Source: Dehalococcoidia bacterium (GTDB taxonomy: Bacteria; Chloroflexota; Dehalococcoidia; Lucifugimonadales; UBA1123). Taken from it: a stretch of DNA of 64,000 bases. The DNA lies in contig DAOUHG010000265.1 in assembly GCA_034428835.1 (NCBI GenBank), positions 1,400 to 65,399 on the forward strand, read 5' to 3'. The notes under the pieces were generated by a model. That model was not told the origin of the DNA. It did not search any database and was given only the letters and a program-made list of their open reading frames with translations. A program made the translations under genes and the position numbers. Shown here piece by piece: positions 1 to 9,564 of the stretch (position 1 is the first letter of the stretch; each line of letters begins with the position of its first letter).

Positions 1-2660
1 ATTCTCGAGTTGGGATCAAGGGCCGCGTTGGTCAAGAAGTTGGCCGCGTGCTCCTGGAGTTTAACGAACGGGACGAATATCTCACCGGCGCGCTGCCTCT
101 CTGTATAGACCGCTCGGGCCTCCAGGTCGCCGCGACGAGACCTGACTCTGATCCACTCACCATCTGGAATTCCGTACTTGTCACCGTCGGCTGGATTCAT
201 CCCCACAGTGAGTTCGGGGTCACGGGCCAGCAGGTTGTCCGCCCTCCTCGTAATTGTGCCACCGTGCCAGTGATAGAGAGTTCGGCCAGTGTTTAGGATT
301 AGTGGGAACCGCTTTGATGGAGCCTCATCCGCCACAGGTCCCTGATCAAATCCGACGAACTTGGCCCTCGGCCCACGCGGGAAGTCGGACTCGTACAGGA
401 AGCGAGTGCCGGGATGGTCGGGTTCCGGGCAAGGCCACTGAATTCCGCCCTCTTGCTCAAGCCGATCATAGGAGATACCTGCAATCATCGGCATGAGGGA
501 CGCCATTTCGTCGAATATCTCGGACGGATGACTGTAGTCGAATTCGTGCTCCAACTCAAGACCGAGGTTGGAGCTTAATCGCAGTGCGACGTCTCGGATA
601 ATCTCCCAGTCGGGTTTGCTCTCGCCAACGGGTTCGATCGCCTTACGGACGCGCTGCACACGTCGTTCGCTGTTGGTGAATGTGCCGTCCTTCTCGGCGA
701 AAGACGTAGCAGGCAGCACGACATCGGCGATCTGTGCAGTCTCGTGCATGAATATGTCCTGGACAACCAGGAAATCCAGTTTCTTAAACGTCTCTTCAGC
801 GTGATGGAGATCCGGTTCACTCAGCAGAGGGTTCTCTCCGGTAACGTACATCGCCCTGATCCGGCCTGAGTCCATTGCGGGAACCATCTCGGTAATTACC
901 AGTCCCGGCTCAGGAGGCAGGGCCTGATTGCTCCAGGCGCTCTGGAACTTTGCAAGAGACTCGTCGCCTATGGTCTGATACCCGGGTAGCGAGTTTGGCA
1001 GGCAACCTGAGTCGCCACATCCCTGAACGTTGTTCTGACCTCTGAGTGGGGAGATACCCGAACCAGGTCGGCCCAACTGTCCAGCGACGAAGGCGAGATT
1101 AAGTAGACCATGTGCGTTAGCCGTCCCCATAGTGTGCTGAGTTATGCCCATTCCCCAGATCAGACACGACCCGCTGAAGGGCGGGCTTGCGTAGATACGG
1201 GCTGCCTCGGCGATATCCTCAGCAGGAACTCCGGTGATCTTCTCAGCGTAGTCCAGATCGTACTTTTGGACCGTGCTCCACCATTCGTCGTACCCTTCGG
1301 TACGATCCGTGACGAATGAGTTGTCGGCAAGGCCTTCGTCCACGATGACCTTGGCCATGGCGTTGAGGAGCGCTACGTCTGTCCCCGGTCTCGGTCTGAG
1401 CCACAGGTCGGCGTAGTCACACATGTCGATCCTTCGGGGATTGATAATAATTAGCTTCGCGCCCCGTTCGACGACCGCGCGCCTCATTCTTGATGCCGCA
1501 ACAGGATGATTGGAATTCGCGTCTGAGCCTATGATTACAAGACAGCCCGACTCTTCGTAGTCGATGTATGAGTTGGAAGTCGCGCCGCTTCCGAGTGAGG
1601 TGAGCATAGCCTCGACAGACGGCGAGTGGCAGAGCCTCGTGCAGTGGTCGATGTGGTTGCTTCCCATCACGAGCCTGGCGAACTTCTGTTGAATGTAGCC
1701 ATCTTCATTCGTCGCCTTCGCTGAGGCAAGTGTACCGAAAGCGTCGCCGCGGTACTCTGACAGCCGCTCGGCTACGTAGTCGAGCGCCTCGTCCCACTCT
1801 ACTTCGACAAAGTCTCCGTTTTTTCGGATAAGTGGTTTCCTGATGCGGTCGGGATGGTTAACGAATGAGAAGCCGAATCTGCCCTTGACGCAAAGCATCC
1901 CCAGTGAGGACTGGTTTTCCGGGTCATCCAGTATCTCAATGATGTGGTCGTTCACGTCCACCTTAGCCTGGATGCCACAGCCCACTCCGCAGTACGGGCA
2001 GGTCGTCGCGACAGTACGGGCGGTCTCGGGAGGGTCGTTCTTGACTCGGATGGCGCCGGTTGGACATGAGGCGAGACAGGAGCCACAGGTGGTGCAAACG
2101 GATTCAACCAGCGGTCGATCCATGAACGTTCCTATTCTGGCCTCAGTGCCTCTGCCAAGAATGTCTATGGCTCCAATGAACTGATGTCCGTCCTGGCACG
2201 CTTGAGCGCACCGGCCACACATGATGCAAGAGTCCATCGCAATGTCGAACACGGGATTCGACACGTCGACTGGCTGGCGTGACCTGCCTTCCCACTTTGA
2301 AACGTCGATACCGTGGTGTTTGGCGGCAATAGACAACTCGCGATAGCTTCCGTTCGAGTTTTCGTCCGCATCCGGGAACATCGCCATCGTGAGCTCGAGG
2401 ACGCCGCGTCGCAGGTCCCTTGCCCTGTCGGTCTCTGTCTCAACGGACATCCCGTCAGCCGCCGGCACCGAACACGACGCCGGGAATCCTCGAACACCAT
2501 CAATGTTCACCAGGCAAGTCCTGCACGCGCCGATAGGCTTCATGTCAGGATCCTTGCAAAGCTGCGAAATGTAACTTCCCGACTGGTTGATGGCGTCCAG
2601 AACGGAAGAGCCGTCATTCACGGTGACCTGCTTGCCGTTGATTGAGAGAGTGACGCTCAT
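1..2660 (-). CDS. fdsA: NAD-dependent formate dehydrogenase catalytic alpha subunit (Mo/W-bis-PGD enzyme). The 3' end runs off the window, and it is absent from the ORF track because no stop lies inside the window.
   Basis: My own minus-strand translation from ATG at 2658-2660 gives MSVTLSINGKQVTVNDGSSVLDAINQSG... Motifs seen: GACRTCLV (2Fe-2S), CIMCGRCAQAC and CTTCGSCLASCP (4Fe-4S), TTCPYCGVGCG (MopB Fe-S), and active-site HCTRLCHSPSV with Cys (TGC), not Sec. The frame stays open to base 1. ATGA start/stop overlap with the upstream gene. Confidence 0.9.
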   Translation of the reverse strand, partial: MSVTLSINGKQVTVNDGSSVLDAINQSGSYISQLCKDPDMKPIGACRTCLVNIDGVRGFPASCSVPAADGMSVETETDRARDLRRGVLELTMAMFPDADENSNGSYRELSIAAKHHGIDVSKWEGRSRQPVDVSNPVFDIAMDSCIMCGRCAQACQDGHQFIGAIDILGRGTEARIGTFMDRPLVESVCTTCGSCLASCPTGAIRVKNDPPETARTVATTCPYCGVGCGIQAKVDVNDHIIEILDDPENQSSLGMLCVKGRFGFSFVNHPDRIRKPLIRKNGDFVEVEWDEALDYVAERLSEYRGDAFGTLASAKATNEDGYIQQKFARLVMGSNHIDHCTRLCHSPSVEAMLTSLGSGATSNSYIDYEESGCLVIIGSDANSNHPVAASRMRRAVVERGAKLIIINPRRIDMCDYADLWLRPRPGTDVALLNAMAKVIVDEGLADNSFVTDRTEGYDEWWSTVQKYDLDYAEKITGVPAEDIAEAARIYASPPFSGSCLIWGMGITQHTMGTANAHGLLNLAFVAGQLGRPGSGISPLRGQNNVQGCGDSGCLPNSLPGYQTIGDESLAKFQSAWSNQALPPEPGLVITEMVPAMDSGRIRAMYVTGENPLLSEPDLHHAEETFKKLDFLVVQDIFMHETAQIADVVLPATSFAEKDGTFTNSERRVQRVRKAIEPVGESKPDWEIIRDVALRLSSNLGLELEHEFDYSHPSEIFDEMASLMPMIAGISYDRLEQEGGIQWPCPEPDHPGTRFLYESDFPRGPRAKFVGFDQGPVADEAPSKRFPLILNTGRTLYHWHGGTITRRADNLLARDPELTVGMNPADGDKYGIPDGEWIRVRSRRGDLEARAVYTERQRAGEIFVPFVKLQEHAANFLTNAALDPNSR

Positions 2661-4249
2661 CTGCCCGCTCCTTGACGCCCAGCGATACGGTCACCGAAAA
2701 AGTACAGACCGCTAAGAATTGGATTGCCTGCCGCCTGGCCTAGTCCGCATAGCGAGGTCTCGTTAACGAGTCGTGCCAAGTCTTCCAACTCGTCTGGCGA
2801 GGCTCCTTCCTCTACAACAGCATCGAGAAGCGCAACCATCCGGGGTGTGCCTTCTCGACACGGTGTACACTTTCCACACGACTCGTCGGCATTATACTGC
2901 GCTAGATTGCGGACCACCTCAACAACGTCCATCGAGTCGTCGACTGCAATTACACCGCCAGCGCCGAGCATGACCCCCGAGCCGTGCAGGAAGCCCGGCT
3001 TGATCGGCGTTTCCAGCATGGAAGGTGGGAAGACGCCGCTGGAAGGTCCCCCGACGCCAATTGCGGTGAGCGTTCCGCCTCCGCGTATTCCACCGCCAAC
3101 ACCGTAGATTATATCGCGCAGTGTTGTACCGAATGGCACTTCAACTAGTCCTGGGCGCTCCACTGAACCGCTTAGACTGACTATCTTCGTGCCGGTGTCT
3201 TCGCCATCACCGATCGTTGCGAATTCGTCGGCGCCCCTGCTCAGAATCTGGGGGACGTTCGCTAGGGTCTCAGCGTTGTTGATTACGGTGGGAAGACCCC
3301 ACAAACCGGCCTCAGTCGGGTAGGGTGGTCGAAGTCTAGGCTCTCTGCGATAGCCCTCGATCGTGTTAAGCAGTGTCGTCTCATCTCCACAGACGTAGCC
3401 GCCGGCGCCACGGCGAATCTCAACGTGGACTTCGAACCCTGACCCGAGTACGTTCTTACCGATCAGGCCGAGGTGTGTTGCCTGCTCGATTGCCAAGGCC
3501 ATGCGCCGATTTGACAGATTGGCTTCGGCGTTTATGTAGAAGATGACGTCGTTGGCGTCGACGGCGTACGCCGCGATCAACGCGCCTTCGATAATCCTGT
3601 GAGGAACACCTTCCATGAGGTGGCGGTCTTTGAACAGCCCGGGCTCGCCTTCCTCGCAATTGACGACCACGTACCGGCGATCAGACCTGGTCCGCCTCGC
3701 GCCTTCCCACTTCACGCCGGCAGGGAAGTAGGCTCCGCCTCTACCCCTTATCCTTGAGGCCTTGATCTCTTCGATCACAGACTCTGGACTGGATTGCAGC
3801 GCATTTGACCAAGCTAAGTATCCCCCCGTCGCGAGATAGTGATCGATCGACTCAGCATCGAGCGAACCGCACCCTTCAAGGGAAACGCGCAACTGGGGGG
3901 ATAGGAATTCAGCGACCGCTGTTTCTTCGTCTGAGCTCGCACTTGCCAGATCTGTAAAGTCGAAAACGTCGGCTGACAGTCGTGAGAGGTAGAAGCGCTT
4001 GCCGCTTGTGGAAACTACTTCGAGAGATGGGGCGGCGAAGCATGCTCCGTCGCACCCTGCCACAATCAAAACTGCATCTTCGCCCATCTGCTGCCGGAAA
4101 CTATCGACAACATCGCCGGCGCCCGATGCCAGGGTGCAATGCCCGACATGGGCGATAACCCTAGTCTTGCCACTCACTCGTCCCTCGAATCGCTCTGTGG
4201 CAGACGCGACCAGAGTTTCCATCCTCGAGTGGATTTCAGCGTTACGCAC
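2657..4249 (-). CDS. fdsB: Formate dehydrogenase beta subunit, NuoF/HoxF-like (FMN/NAD/4Fe-4S), with an N-terminal thioredoxin-like extension
   Basis: ORF 2657..4339. Motifs GRGGAYFPAGVKW, ESCGKCTPCREG and SLCGLGQAAGNP. I prefer the GTG start at 4249 (GGAGGG 6 nt upstream); ATG 4222 or the track start 4339 remain possible. Confidence 0.85.
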   Translation of the reverse strand: MRNAEIHSRMETLVASATERFEGRVSGKTRVIAHVGHCTLASGAGDVVDSFRQQMGEDAVLIVAGCDGACFAAPSLEVVSTSGKRFYLSRLSADVFDFTDLASASSDEETAVAEFLSPQLRVSLEGCGSLDAESIDHYLATGGYLAWSNALQSSPESVIEEIKASRIRGRGGAYFPAGVKWEGARRTRSDRRYVVVNCEEGEPGLFKDRHLMEGVPHRIIEGALIAAYAVDANDVIFYINAEANLSNRRMALAIEQATHLGLIGKNVLGSGFEVHVEIRRGAGGYVCGDETTLLNTIEGYRREPRLRPPYPTEAGLWGLPTVINNAETLANVPQILSRGADEFATIGDGEDTGTKIVSLSGSVERPGLVEVPFGTTLRDIIYGVGGGIRGGGTLTAIGVGGPSSGVFPPSMLETPIKPGFLHGSGVMLGAGGVIAVDDSMDVVEVVRNLAQYNADESCGKCTPCREGTPRMVALLDAVVEEGASPDELEDLARLVNETSLCGLGQAAGNPILSGLYFFGDRIAGRQGAGR

Positions 4250-4718
4250 TGACTGCCCTCCGCACAATCTGCAGGGCAGACTCCCGGTCGACTCTACCAT
4301 GCCACTCGCCGTCGACCTCCATGGCGGGCGCCATAGCACAGAGAAAGCCGCATGGGACCTGCTCCAAGGTCAGCCTGCGATCTTCCGACGTCGATCCGGG
4401 AGAAACGTCAAACTCTGCGCCAAGCGCGTCCAGAATCTGGCTCGCCCCCGCTGTAGCACAACTCAGGGCCGTACATACTCGTACGACTGAGGTCCCTGCC
4501 TCTTCCAGCCGCAGCTCAGTGTACGAGGTTGCAGCACCGTACACTTCGGAAGACGGGATTCCCAGGTGCCAGCCCACAACTTCCATTGCCCAGTCCGGCA
4601 GGTGTCCAAACTCGTAATGAAGATAGTGCAGGGCGGGCAGGAGCTGGCCGTGGTCTCTCGGAAACCGTTCTCTTAGCTCACGTCGCAGCGCGTTTCGGTC
4701 TGTAGGCAATATAGACAC
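4242..4718 (-). CDS. fdsG: NuoE-like thioredoxin-fold [2Fe-2S] subunit (formate dehydrogenase gamma)
   Basis: 158 aa. Cys pattern VCTALSC ... PCGFLCAMAP is typical of the NuoE/HoxE family. Sits directly upstream of the NuoF-like gene in gamma-beta-alpha order. Confidence 0.8.
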   Translation of the reverse strand: MSILPTDRNALRRELRERFPRDHGQLLPALHYLHYEFGHLPDWAMEVVGWHLGIPSSEVYGAATSYTELRLEEAGTSVVRVCTALSCATAGASQILDALGAEFDVSPGSTSEDRRLTLEQVPCGFLCAMAPAMEVDGEWHGRVDRESALQIVRRAVSA

Positions 4719-4776
4719 CCCAAGCGCGATCCAGAATCGAGCATCGAGATTTTAACAGACTGGCTCGGTCGGATGT

Positions 4777-6648
4777 CTATCCAGATGGCCGGCCATCGCT
4801 TGCTGTCGCTGCGGTCTCTTCCGGGGAGACCAGCTTGAGCAGCCCCAGTTCATCGAGCTTACTGCTGGGGATAGTACCATCGGGGTTCCATCCCCTCACC
4901 TGATAGTAAGACGTGACCATCATCTGGAGATCACCGTCTGACAGTCCCACTCCAGCAGCGGCACCGTCAGGAAGCGGCTCGGTCAGAACTCGTCGTGGCA
5001 GGGTGTCGTCAGCGCGCGTCCAACCCTCCCGAATGTTGAAGAGCTTCTTGAGGTTGTTGATTCTTTCGCCAGCCATCTTGAGCTCATCCGGTTGAACGTC
5101 CCAGCCTGTAATCAAGTTGAGCGAGTCGGCCGATTCGTTCCAGAAGTCGTCAAACGCTTTGCGAAGGAACTTGCACCATATCAGCGAGTCCAGCACAGCA
5201 GAGAAGTCCTCACCTTCAGCAGTGATACCTCCCCGCTGAGCATCGGCTTCCATTCTGTTGACAACGTTGGAAAAGTCCGCCTCGTATGCCGATGACCTGT
5301 TATGGCAGGCGCCCCGTGTGCTCACCGCCAACGCCAGTGCCATAGTCTGCAGACTTCTGGGTTCGTAGCCTGGCATCTCCAAGCCTTTGACTTGCATCGC
5401 CCAAGCCTCTGAACCTTGACCGACGATCTCAGCGGAGACCCTTGATCCTTCCGATAAGAGACGACCAAGATTACCAGATCGGGTAGCGATGGCTTCAAGA
5501 CAGGGGAGTAGGACCTCGGCGTTCCCAAACTTCAGGGCGAGACCATCCGTGTCGGTCAACGTCAGTATGCCTCGCTCAAAGCACTCCATTGCCCAGGCGA
5601 TCGTACCGCCCACACTGATAGTGTCCATGCCCACGGCATCACAGTAGTGCGACGCGCGGATGATGGTTTCTCGGTCTCCAATACCGACCAATGGGCCGAG
5701 AGCGAAAGCACTCTCGTACTCCATACGCCCGGTCGACTTGCCAGAACCGTCTCCAACTGTCAGGATTTTCTCACATCCAATCGTGCAGTTCGCGCAGTGA
5801 GCATTCTTGACGAAGTGGCCGCTATACATGGCCTCGCCACTCACATTGTCTGTCATTTCGAATGTGGACTGCTGGAAGTTTCGAGTCGGGAGCGTGCCGA
5901 GCCTGTCGAATACGGCGAGGTTCGCCATTGTGCCGGTAGTCCGGTACTTCTCGGTGGCCGGCCCCAAGCTTCGGGCAGACAAGTCGCGACCGACTTCATT
6001 GAGCCGTTCGGCATCGAAAACAGGCGCTGGGTTACGACCTCTCACTGCGATAGCCTTGAGGTTCTTCGACCCCATCACGGCGCCCGTCCCTGTCCGACCA
6101 GCCTGACGTCCACCGTCGTTTGCGATGCTCGCGTACCGCACCCCGCTCTCGCCCGCGGGGCCTATGCAGGCAACCCTGAACCTGCGTCCCAGGTTGTTCT
6201 TGACTGCTTGCTCGGTGTCGTAAGTGCTCATACCCATCAGGTCGGAGGCATCGAGGAAGCGCACATCGTCGTCTTCCAAGAATAGCAGGGTAGGATGGTC
6301 ACTCCGGCCCACGACCACGAGCGCGTCGACCCCGATCCTCTTGAGCTCGACCGCCAGAAAGCTGGAACTGAGGGAGTCGCCGATCATACCCGTCAACGGC
6401 GACTTTGCCGCCACCGCGAATTTACTGGACGTGGTCAATCTGCTGCCAACCAGCGGACTGCACGCGAAGACCAGTGGGTTCTCTGGCCCCAGTGGGTCAG
6501 CGCCCGGTGGGCAGTGAGTGTACAGAAGATAGCTGGCTAGCCCAGTTCCTCCTATGAAACGTCTAAGTATCCGCTCGTCCAATGGCTCTCTGCGGGCCGT
6601 GCGCGCCGAGAGGTCTACGACGAGGCCGACACCGTGGTAACCGAACAA
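4777..6648 (-). CDS. aor: Aldehyde:ferredoxin oxidoreductase family (tungstopterin enzyme)
   Basis: 623 aa. N-terminus MFGYHGVGLVVDLS...RFIGGTGLASYLLY and Fe-S motif HCANCTIGCEK give an AOR-family look throughout. TTG start lies 7 nt after GGAGG. Confidence 0.85.
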   Translation of the reverse strand: MFGYHGVGLVVDLSARTARREPLDERILRRFIGGTGLASYLLYTHCPPGADPLGPENPLVFACSPLVGSRLTTSSKFAVAAKSPLTGMIGDSLSSSFLAVELKRIGVDALVVVGRSDHPTLLFLEDDDVRFLDASDLMGMSTYDTEQAVKNNLGRRFRVACIGPAGESGVRYASIANDGGRQAGRTGTGAVMGSKNLKAIAVRGRNPAPVFDAERLNEVGRDLSARSLGPATEKYRTTGTMANLAVFDRLGTLPTRNFQQSTFEMTDNVSGEAMYSGHFVKNAHCANCTIGCEKILTVGDGSGKSTGRMEYESAFALGPLVGIGDRETIIRASHYCDAVGMDTISVGGTIAWAMECFERGILTLTDTDGLALKFGNAEVLLPCLEAIATRSGNLGRLLSEGSRVSAEIVGQGSEAWAMQVKGLEMPGYEPRSLQTMALALAVSTRGACHNRSSAYEADFSNVVNRMEADAQRGGITAEGEDFSAVLDSLIWCKFLRKAFDDFWNESADSLNLITGWDVQPDELKMAGERINNLKKLFNIREGWTRADDTLPRRVLTEPLPDGAAAGVGLSDGDLQMMVTSYYQVRGWNPDGTIPSSKLDELGLLKLVSPEETAATASDGRPSG

Positions 6649-6651
6649 GAG

Positions 6652-6954
6652 CTATCCTCCTGCCTGGCTGGAGAACACGAAAATACGATCTCCGTCAGCG
6701 ATACGCACGGCCGAGCTGTCAAGAAACGAAAGGCCGTTTATGTTGGCAGTGTAGCTAGCCATCAACCCTCGTCCAGCAGTGTCTACGACGACACCTCTCA
6801 GCGACGGGACTGCGGAACACAAGGCGATCGCAAGGTCTGAGGCGTCCGATTCGCAAGGCAACTCTACTTCGATTTGTTTCACGCCACACACAAAACGGGC
6901 GTGACCGAATATCTCAACGGTTACCGATGCTGTCATGGAATCGGTTGCTTTCAT
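6652..6954 (-). CDS. moaD: MoaD/ThiS-like ubiquitin-fold sulfur carrier
   Basis: 100 aa ending in ...SSQAGG (C-terminal Gly-Gly). Its last codons (GGA GGA TAG) form the SD for the aor TTG start. ATGA overlap with mobA. Confidence 0.7.
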   Translation of the reverse strand: MKATDSMTASVTVEIFGHARFVCGVKQIEVELPCESDASDLAIALCSAVPSLRGVVVDTAGRGLMASYTANINGLSFLDSSAVRIADGDRIFVFSSQAGG

Positions 6955-7586
6955 TGGACCGGTGTCCTTGCGACGATACTCAACGCAGCCGTGAGGTCTT
7001 CCTGCGTGTTGACGTTGAAGAAACTAAGCAACTCGGGATCGGTGCGACGAATCTGCTCCTCAGGAACCAGGCATACTCGAACCTCTCCGAAGAAGGACGA
7101 AATCTTCAGGTCCTTTGCGACGATGCGCTCGCGGATCGGTTCGACGCAGGCGCGGGAATAGACCGCGTGAGTCGGCTCCGGCCTGCCATCAACCACCGGT
7201 ACAACGGCATCGTACCCGTTTCGGAGCGAGAGGAGCAACTGGTACAGCTGCGGGTTGAGAAACGGCATGTCGCAGGCGCAAAACGTTGCCCACTCAGTCG
7301 GGGCTGTAACCAATCCGGTAAGGATGCCTCCGAGCGAACCCATGCCCGGGTAACGGTCAACGGCGGTTGCCACGTCCGCCGGAAGATCCAGCTCGGCCGC
7401 ACGCTCAGGTTCGTTCACAACCACAATGATCGAATCACCGACCTGCCTCATACTTGCAATCACACGCCGGATCAGAGGCTCACCCTGAAATGGCTCAAGC
7501 GCCTTGTTCCGACCCAGCCTGCGGCTCATCCCGCCGGCAAGTATCACTGCCGTTGCGCCACTTTCGCTGTGTTCACGCCTTCTCAT
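6951..7586 (-). CDS. mobA: Molybdenum cofactor guanylyltransferase
   Basis: 211 aa. N-terminal AVILAGGMSRRLGRNKALEPF nucleotidyl-transferase motif. Confidence 0.8.
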   Translation of the reverse strand: MRRREHSESGATAVILAGGMSRRLGRNKALEPFQGEPLIRRVIASMRQVGDSIIVVVNEPERAAELDLPADVATAVDRYPGMGSLGGILTGLVTAPTEWATFCACDMPFLNPQLYQLLLSLRNGYDAVVPVVDGRPEPTHAVYSRACVEPIRERIVAKDLKISSFFGEVRVCLVPEEQIRRTDPELLSFFNVNTQEDLTAALSIVARTPVQ

Positions 7587-7605
7587 AGAATCAGACTAAC
7601 AGAGG

Positions 7606-9564
7606 TTAGGTCTGACTACCACAAATTGTCAATTTGAGACTACCCATTTTCCCGGTGTCGTAGCCTCCAAGCGCTTCGACCTCAATTCGGAATTCGGGAG
7701 AACGAATCAGATCCATCATAGGCCTCAATAAATCTGACTCGTAGAACTCGACCGGAATGACCAGGTCGTACTCCTCGCTGAACAGTGGGATAAAGTCGAG
7801 GTCCATTGCACGTGCCGCCGGTAGAATGCCCAGGCCCGTGTCCGCCTTGTCGCCACTAACAGCAGCAGCGACGGCCAGATGCGTATATTCCTCCCGGTTG
7901 TACCCTTTTACTTCGCCCGCATCAATACCCGCCCGGCGCAGCTCGTAGTCGAGCAGGACGCGGGTCCCTGAGCCTCTTTGACGATTGACGAACCTGACGT
8001 CAGGCCTTGACAGGTCGGCCAAGGATGACACATCCAGAGGATCCCCACGTTTGACCATCAAGCCCTGAGTTCTCGCTGCCAAATGGACGAGAGCGACTCT
8101 TCTATTTGGGATGTATCTCCTGATGTACGAAACGTTGTACTCGCCTGATTCCTCGTCCATCAGGTGCGTGCCCGCAATGTGGGCCTCGCCCCTTCTAATT
8201 GCCAACAGCCCTCCCATGCTGCCGACATTGGCTGATGCCAGTCCCGGACCTCCGGACGTCCGACTAAGACGACTAGCTATCAGGTCCAGCACCATATCGT
8301 GACTTCCGATAGCAACGATCGTTCTTAGCACCTCCTCAATAGGTTTGAGAAGCTGAACCTTCACCTCTGCCCCAGCCTCCAGACCCTCGACGGATCTTGG
8401 AATGAGCGTCAGGCCATCTGCCCTGACCAGGGAACTGATGACGCCGGCTCCACGCTGGACCGGGGTGGCCACCAGTCTGTCGCCTACCTGTCCGAGACGG
8501 ACCCTCAGGAACTCGTCCTCTCCCATGGGAGACTGGACTCGACGAGTAATGATTGCCTTGACATTCGGCCTGGGGGGGACGTTCTTCCCCAGCATCGCCT
8601 CCACGACCGGTTGGACGAATAGCTCACAGGCTATTGCCGCGGACACCGGGTATCCCGGTATTCCAATGACGGCGTTGCCATCTATGACGCCAAGGACGAT
8701 CGGGTGCCCAGGCCTTATTGCGACCCCGTGGACCACCAGAGTGCCGAGTTCTTCGACTATGCCGGCAGTATAGTCTTCGGTTCCCGCCGAAGAGCCCGCG
8801 TTGACAAGCACGATGTCGAACTGGTCGACCGCCGTTGAGATCGCGCGTCGGAGCATGTCGGGATCGTCTGAAACCGGGGCAAACCTAACCGGATCAGCTC
8901 CCCACTCTCGGAGCATTCCTCCCAACACCAGCGAATTGAACTCCACAATATCGCCCGGTTTGGGATCGGCGTCGATGTCCACCAGTTCCGTCCCCGTCGG
9001 GATAATCGCGACACTGGGTTTTCGCCGGACATCTACTTTGGTCACGCCGGCTGCGGCGCACGCTCCAAGATCGGCGGGGCGAAGCCTGTGATTCTCGGGG
9101 AGCAAGAGCTCAGAGGCTACGATGTCTTCCCCAAGTGCCCTTACGTGATTGTAGGGAGGAACAGGTGAGGTGATCTGAATCGTCGATTCGTCGATCTCCT
9201 GTACGACCTCGATCATAATGACCGCGTCAAATCCGTCAGGCACCGGCTCGCCAGTGTCCACCCATCGTGCCTGGTCGGGTAGGGTGAGCACTCGTGGCGA
9301 TGTCTCAGTCGCGCCTGCTGTATCTCGCGAAAGAACTGCCACGCCGTCCATGGCCGCCGAGTCATAGTGGGGTGCAGATCTGGCTGCCCAGACGGGTGTA
9401 GCCGTTATCCTACCGAGAGCATCCTGAATTGGTACCGTCTCGGTTTCCGTATGTCGCACGGAACCCGCGTCAGACAGCGCCTTCCAGTATCGAGCCTTGG
9501 CTTCATCCAGTGGAACGTCCTGGAGATAGTAGCGTCTGCCCTGTCGACCACGACCATGGGTCAT
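7606..9564 (-). CDS. moeA: MoeA-type molybdopterin metal-insertase fused to a C-terminal periplasmic-binding-protein-like (PBP-like) domain
   Basis: 652 aa. MoeA motifs SAAMDGVAV, PTGTEL and GIPGYPVSAAI, followed by a roughly 230-aa PBP-like tail (IVAIGSHDMVLDL...FVNRQRGSGTRVLLD). Confidence 0.8.
   Translation of the reverse strand: MTHGRGRQGRRYYLQDVPLDEAKARYWKALSDAGSVRHTETETVPIQDALGRITATPVWAARSAPHYDSAAMDGVAVLSRDTAGATETSPRVLTLPDQARWVDTGEPVPDGFDAVIMIEVVQEIDESTIQITSPVPPYNHVRALGEDIVASELLLPENHRLRPADLGACAAAGVTKVDVRRKPSVAIIPTGTELVDIDADPKPGDIVEFNSLVLGGMLREWGADPVRFAPVSDDPDMLRRAISTAVDQFDIVLVNAGSSAGTEDYTAGIVEELGTLVVHGVAIRPGHPIVLGVIDGNAVIGIPGYPVSAAIACELFVQPVVEAMLGKNVPPRPNVKAIITRRVQSPMGEDEFLRVRLGQVGDRLVATPVQRGAGVISSLVRADGLTLIPRSVEGLEAGAEVKVQLLKPIEEVLRTIVAIGSHDMVLDLIASRLSRTSGGPGLASANVGSMGGLLAIRRGEAHIAGTHLMDEESGEYNVSYIRRYIPNRRVALVHLAARTQGLMVKRGDPLDVSSLADLSRPDVRFVNRQRGSGTRVLLDYELRRAGIDAGEVKGYNREEYTHLAVAAAVSGDKADTGLGILPAARAMDLDFIPLFSEEYDLVIPVEFYESDLLRPMMDLIRSPEFRIEVEALGGYDTGKMGSLKLTICGSQT

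Noticed and set aside
1-2660. Possible selenocysteine in the formate dehydrogenase alpha subunit
   Set aside because: The active-site codon is TGC (…HCTRLCHSPSV…) and I met no in-frame TGA while translating the whole partial gene. This is a Cys-type FDH.
5647-6285. 212-aa plus-strand ORF (and the neighbouring 5807..6106 and 6224..6517 ORFs) inside the aor region
   Set aside because: It lies antisense to a full-length, motif-rich AOR gene. The product is Arg/Ser/Pro/Gly-rich with no recognisable motifs or SD, which is typical of a shadow ORF in GC-rich coding DNA.
6927-7637. 236-aa plus-strand ORF spanning all of mobA
   Set aside because: It is a shadow ORF opposite a well-supported mobA that has overlapping starts and stops with its neighbours. 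It has no SD and low-complexity composition.
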